Part shown: in pieces, positions 60,363 through 64,000 of the stretch
Position numbering within the stretch: position 1 is the first letter of the stretch
How the letters are laid out: every line of letters starts with the position of its first letter
Source: an uncultured bacterium
Lineage (GTDB): Bacteria > Verrucomicrobiota > Verrucomicrobiia > Limisphaerales > UBA8199
Assembly (NCBI GenBank): GCA_963749495.1
Contig: CAVVMW010000010.1
Coordinates: forward strand, 128,001 to 192,000
Direction of reading: 5' to 3'
DNA length: 64,000 nucleotides
Made by a program: the position numbers and the translations under genes
The notes under the pieces: model-generated
What the model saw: the letters and a program-made list of their open reading frames with translations, nothing else
What the model was told of the DNA's origin: nothing
Database searches by the model: none

Positions 60363-62237
60363 ATGAAGTCATATTGCGCATATTTCTTGCCCAGGGCGGC
60401 ATTAGTGGCGGTGGCGGCCGTTGCCGCCGGCCTGGCGTCCGCCCCTGAGCCGGCTGCGGCGAATCCCAACGTCCTGCTCTGGGATACCCTCTCGCCGCTG
60501 AGCGGCCAATCCAATGTTGGAGAACGGTCTGGCTGGAAGCGGGTGCCGAGCGACCTGCTCTTGCTCGAAGCCGACCCGCCCAAGGCCAGCTCCGACCCTG
60601 GGTATTACGGCCGCGAGTATGCATTCAAAGGAGATGCGGTCGTGCAGAACCAAGAGCTCTTGGCGGTCTTTCGCTCGGCCACCGGACGGCTGGAGCTCTA
60701 TGCGGAGAGCGAGGCCGCCCGGCCGGCAGGGGCGGCGCCATCCACGGCCCCGCCTTCCAGGAAACTCATCGAGTTGGCCCCGCTACAAACCAAGGCCCAA
60801 CCGGGGACCCTCAGCCGGGTCACAGTCCTGCGAAATGCCGCTGACGAAGTGGCGCTCAACGTCGCTTTTTCGGCCACGGGGTCTCCGGAGATTTCGAGCG
60901 TCTTCGTCTTCGGCAAGACGGCCATCATCGAGGTCAAACCGGCCCCCGAGATGAAAGGCATCAGCCTGCTGGGGCCGATCCGGTTCGGCATCGCGCCCAG
61001 CTTCATCGGCGATGACCTCCTCTTCGACCCGGCGGATTATCCGTCGGCCAACTCGCTGTGGATTGCGGCGGAGGATCTCTTTCTTGGGCTGCTCGAGGGA
61101 GAAAACAGCGAGTTGGTGATGACCTGGCCCAGGGGCAACCAACGCCTGGCGCTCCACCTCGGGCCCGGTGAACCGGCCGGACGCGTGGCCGACTCGATTG
61201 ATTTCGACAACGACGGGCAGAGCCTTTACCTGGCCCCTTTGGTGGCGCCGGGTCTCTGGCACAAGGAGGCCCTGGCCCCGTCTTTCCTCGAGAAGGACGT
61301 CACGAGCCAGTGGAAACGGCCCTTTCCAGCACGATGGAAGACGCAACTCTCCGAGGACGGGGTGGCAACCACCTTCGCCTTCCGGCCATCCAAGGGACAG
61401 GTCTGGCGTGGCGTTGCCGGGTCTTACAACTACCCGGTTTGGTTCAATGGCCAGGAGGCCTGCTTTCGCCTGAGCAAGAAGGTGCCGCCCCAGGGCCAAT
61501 CGCTCATCTACTTCCTCGAAGGGCAGGAGACACCGCCCTGGGTCTGGACGCCGTCGGACATCCTCAAGGCGACGCTGGGCCGGGCGGCCGCCGAGCCGAT
61601 TCTGGACATCGCCGGCCGGAAGCTGCGCACGCACCACCGGCGGGGCGGCCAGGGTGTCCGCCGCGCCTGCACCTGCGGCTGCACCGAGGCCATCCAGGCA
61701 GTCTTCGAGGCCGGTGAGGAGGTCGAGAAAAAGGACTACATCCAGAGCGCTGTCGATGACATGATCTACTTCGTCCATCGCCACGTCGAGAGAATCGACC
61801 AGTACATGCGATTTGCCGATGATTTGACCAAATTCCTCCAGGCCAAGGCGGCCTCCGCCCCCCAGCTCAAGCCATTCCTGGACCAACTCGAGCCAATCGC
61901 CCGGCAGATCCCCGAGGAGTACGCCGTCCAGAAAGAGAACATGAAATCATTCGCCTACGCCGACCAACTCACGGCGCAGACACTGGCCCTTGCGGGCAAG
62001 AAGGACCCGAACAACCTGAAGGCCTACATGGAGTTGCTCAATGCCTGGAGAGGCATGGGCGGCGCGCAGGATTATGTCGTGGCCCAGTGCCACACGATCG
62101 CGCGGAAGCTGGCGCAGCGCGCCGGGTATGCCTGTGTGAATGACCCCCAGGCGGCCACCCTGGCCCAGGAGATCCGCAGCCGCTGCCGCCAGTGCCTTAG
62201 AAATCCGGATGGGTATGAGATCTGGGCCGATTACTGA
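60363..62237 (+). CDS. secreted hypothetical protein with Cys motifs
   Basis: Signal peptide; RRACTCGCTE; RCRQCLRNP. Confidence 0.75.
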   Translation: MKSYCAYFLPRAALVAVAAVAAGLASAPEPAAANPNVLLWDTLSPLSGQSNVGERSGWKRVPSDLLLLEADPPKASSDPGYYGREYAFKGDAVVQNQELLAVFRSATGRLELYAESEAARPAGAAPSTAPPSRKLIELAPLQTKAQPGTLSRVTVLRNAADEVALNVAFSATGSPEISSVFVFGKTAIIEVKPAPEMKGISLLGPIRFGIAPSFIGDDLLFDPADYPSANSLWIAAEDLFLGLLEGENSELVMTWPRGNQRLALHLGPGEPAGRVADSIDFDNDGQSLYLAPLVAPGLWHKEALAPSFLEKDVTSQWKRPFPARWKTQLSEDGVATTFAFRPSKGQVWRGVAGSYNYPVWFNGQEACFRLSKKVPPQGQSLIYFLEGQETPPWVWTPSDILKATLGRAAAEPILDIAGRKLRTHHRRGGQGVRRACTCGCTEAIQAVFEAGEEVEKKDYIQSAVDDMIYFVHRHVERIDQYMRFADDLTKFLQAKAASAPQLKPFLDQLEPIARQIPEEYAVQKENMKSFAYADQLTAQTLALAGKKDPNNLKAYMELLNAWRGMGGAQDYVVAQCHTIARKLAQRAGYACVNDPQAATLAQEIRSRCRQCLRNPDGYEIWADY

Positions 62238-62247
62238 ACCGGGGTTT

Positions 62248-63246
62248 ATGAGTGAGCGGAGGTTGGAGGGACGGGTGATCAGGGGCGAGGGACAAGGGGC
62301 GAGTATCGCAGGCCCCCTCTGGCGGGTGCTGCCGCGTCAGACGCGTCCGACCAGTCCGACCCGTCCGACACGTGCCACCTTTCACGCTTGGCTCGCCTTG
62401 TGCGCGGCCCTTGCGTTGCTCGCGGGCTGTGAACGCAAGAGCGCAACCGCACCGCCGCAAGCCGGCACTAATACCTCCGCCCAGACAAGCCCCAGCCCGC
62501 CTCAGCCAGCCCCGGGTTCGAAGGCGGACATGGTCCGCATCCCCGGCGGCCGATTCATAATGGGAGACAAGAGCCAGGTCAATGCCCCGCCTCACGAGGC
62601 CGTCGTGAGCCCATTCTACATGGACAAGCGCCTCGTGACCCAGGAGCAATACCAGGGCCTCATGGGCGCCAATCCTTCGCGCTGGAAAGGAGACAAGAAT
62701 CCCGTCGAGCAGGTCCGGTGGTCCGACGCGGTCAGGTTCTGCAACAAACGCTCCCAGGCGGAAGGGCTTCAGCCGTGCTACGACCTGAACACCTGGAAGT
62801 GCAATTTCGAGGCAAACGGCTACAGGCTGCCCACCGAGGCCGAGTGGGAATGCGCCTGCCGCGCCGGCACCACGACGGCCTATTTCTTCGGCGACAATCC
62901 CTCCCAACTGGGCGAATACGCCTGGTTCAAAGAAAACTCGGGCGGGCACCCACGCCCGGTCGGTCAGAAGCAGCCCAATCCCTGGGGACTCTCCGACATC
63001 TGCGGCAACGTCTGGCAATGGTGCAACGACTTTTACAAGGTGGACTATTACGCGGCGGCCCCAAAACAGGACCCCAAAGGACCGGAGCAGGGTGAAACCA
63101 AGGCGCTCCGCGGCGGCGGCTGGAGATTCAGCCCCGAGAGCTGCCGCTCCGGCTATCGCTACAATGAGAACCCCGGTTACTCGGATGTCTGTTTCGGCTA
63201 CGACATCTACGGCTTCCGCTGCGTGAGGAAGGTCCCCGCGCCATAG
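62248..63246 (+). CDS. formylglycine-generating-enzyme (SUMF1) family lipoprotein
   Basis: LLAGC lipobox; IPGGRFIMG, RLPTEAEWECAC, GNVWQWC, RGGGW, GFRC. Confidence 0.9.
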   Translation: MSERRLEGRVIRGEGQGASIAGPLWRVLPRQTRPTSPTRPTRATFHAWLALCAALALLAGCERKSATAPPQAGTNTSAQTSPSPPQPAPGSKADMVRIPGGRFIMGDKSQVNAPPHEAVVSPFYMDKRLVTQEQYQGLMGANPSRWKGDKNPVEQVRWSDAVRFCNKRSQAEGLQPCYDLNTWKCNFEANGYRLPTEAEWECACRAGTTTAYFFGDNPSQLGEYAWFKENSGGHPRPVGQKQPNPWGLSDICGNVWQWCNDFYKVDYYAAAPKQDPKGPEQGETKALRGGGWRFSPESCRSGYRYNENPGYSDVCFGYDIYGFRCVRKVPAP

Positions 63247-63290
63247 CCGGGTTTCTGCTTGGCCGGCGGAGTTGGACATCCGATCAGGTG

Positions 63291-64000
63291 TCAGACCTCG
63301 ACTGACTGCCCCCCTGCGCGGGCGGACTGCTGGCAGGCGGCCATCACCTGTTGAGTCTTGAAGGCGATTTGGGGCCAGGCCTCGTTGAGTTTTCCGGACT
63401 GCGCCTGCTGGGCGAAGTGGCGGAAGAGCCGGCTCTCCTGCGCGGTGGGGTCGCCGTTGCTGGCCTCGTTCACCGTCCAGCGCCGGAGGCCGGGCTCGAT
63501 TTTGAAATCGCACCCTTGGAAGGAGGGGGCCTGGCTTTCGGTCTCGAAGGCGGTCTCGTTCCCAAAAAACGGCAGGACGAAATCAAGCATCCGGAGCCGC
63601 CCCCGGGTGCCGCTGATCTCCGCCCACTGCTCGACTTCGGTGAGGAACGAGCAATAAAAGCTGCTGGAGACTCCGCCCTGGAAGAACAGTTCGCCGGAGA
63701 ATTCGGTCGGCACCGGCGCTGCCGCGTCCGGGTGCCGGAGTTCGCAGAGGGTGTGACCGCTCACGTGCCGGGGCAATTGCCAATCCATGGCCCAGAGGGC
63801 GAACCGGATGCAGTACCAGCCCAAATCGCCCAGGCAACCGTAAGGCTCCAGGCCGCTCTGCACGCGGATATTCGAGGCAAAGAACTCCTCGGTCTGCCTC
63901 CAACTGAAGGCCGAGGCAATGCGCCGGATCGCCCCCACGGTCTGGCCGTCGTCGAGCGCCTGGCGCACCCGGTCCAGGCGCCGGCTGTGCATGAACATGA
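63291..64000 (-). CDS. Gfo/Idh/MocA oxidoreductase (3' part)
   Basis: FMHSRR, NIRVQ..GCLGDLGWYC, EISGTRG. Confidence 0.85.
   Translation of the reverse strand, partial: MFMHSRRLDRVRQALDDGQTVGAIRRIASAFSWRQTEEFFASNIRVQSGLEPYGCLGDLGWYCIRFALWAMDWQLPRHVSGHTLCELRHPDAAAPVPTEFSGELFFQGGVSSSFYCSFLTEVEQWAEISGTRGRLRMLDFVLPFFGNETAFETESQAPSFQGCDFKIEPGLRRWTVNEASNGDPTAQESRLFRHFAQQAQSGKLNEAWPQIAFKTQQVMAACQQSARAGGQSVEV

Overview
GC-rich bacterial DNA whose gene families point to Verrucomicrobiota (Pedosphaera/Limisphaerales-like; this is an inference from protein families, not a search result). Three zones: (1) 1-33.7 kb is an accessory 'sigma island'. It holds eight ECF sigma-70 genes or relics. Most are fused through an Ala-rich linker and TM helix (often plus a coiled coil) to variable extracytoplasmic domains, several of them pilin/pseudopilin-like. 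They are interleaved with sigma-less copies of these extensions, two prepilin/H-X9-DG genes, three membrane-anchored HEAT proteins, secreted LRR and delta-60 proteins ending in an FYRV motif, many truncated gene stubs and a group II intron 3' remnant. Six of the sigma genes share a spacing-conserved upstream motif (TGTY(C)GGWTT..CGGST). (2) 33.7-43.5 kb is a ~9.8 kb satellite/PICI-like element with tyrosine integrase, Xis-like HTH, PrimPol-D5 helicase, a Spo11/TopoVI-A-like TOPRIM protein and a LamG cargo gene. It is integrated in tRNA-Leu(TAA) and, unusually, duplicates the 5' half of the tRNA. (3) 43.6-64 kb is ordinary, intact core DNA: GT2, OPT transporter, SGNH hydrolase, MNT-HEPN toxin-antitoxin, B12 radical SAM, tatA/tatC, HAD, sugar enzymes, FGE-like protein and Gfo/Idh/MocA, with REP/MITE-like palindromes. 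Several single-base frameshifts in zones 1-2 may be sequencing errors.
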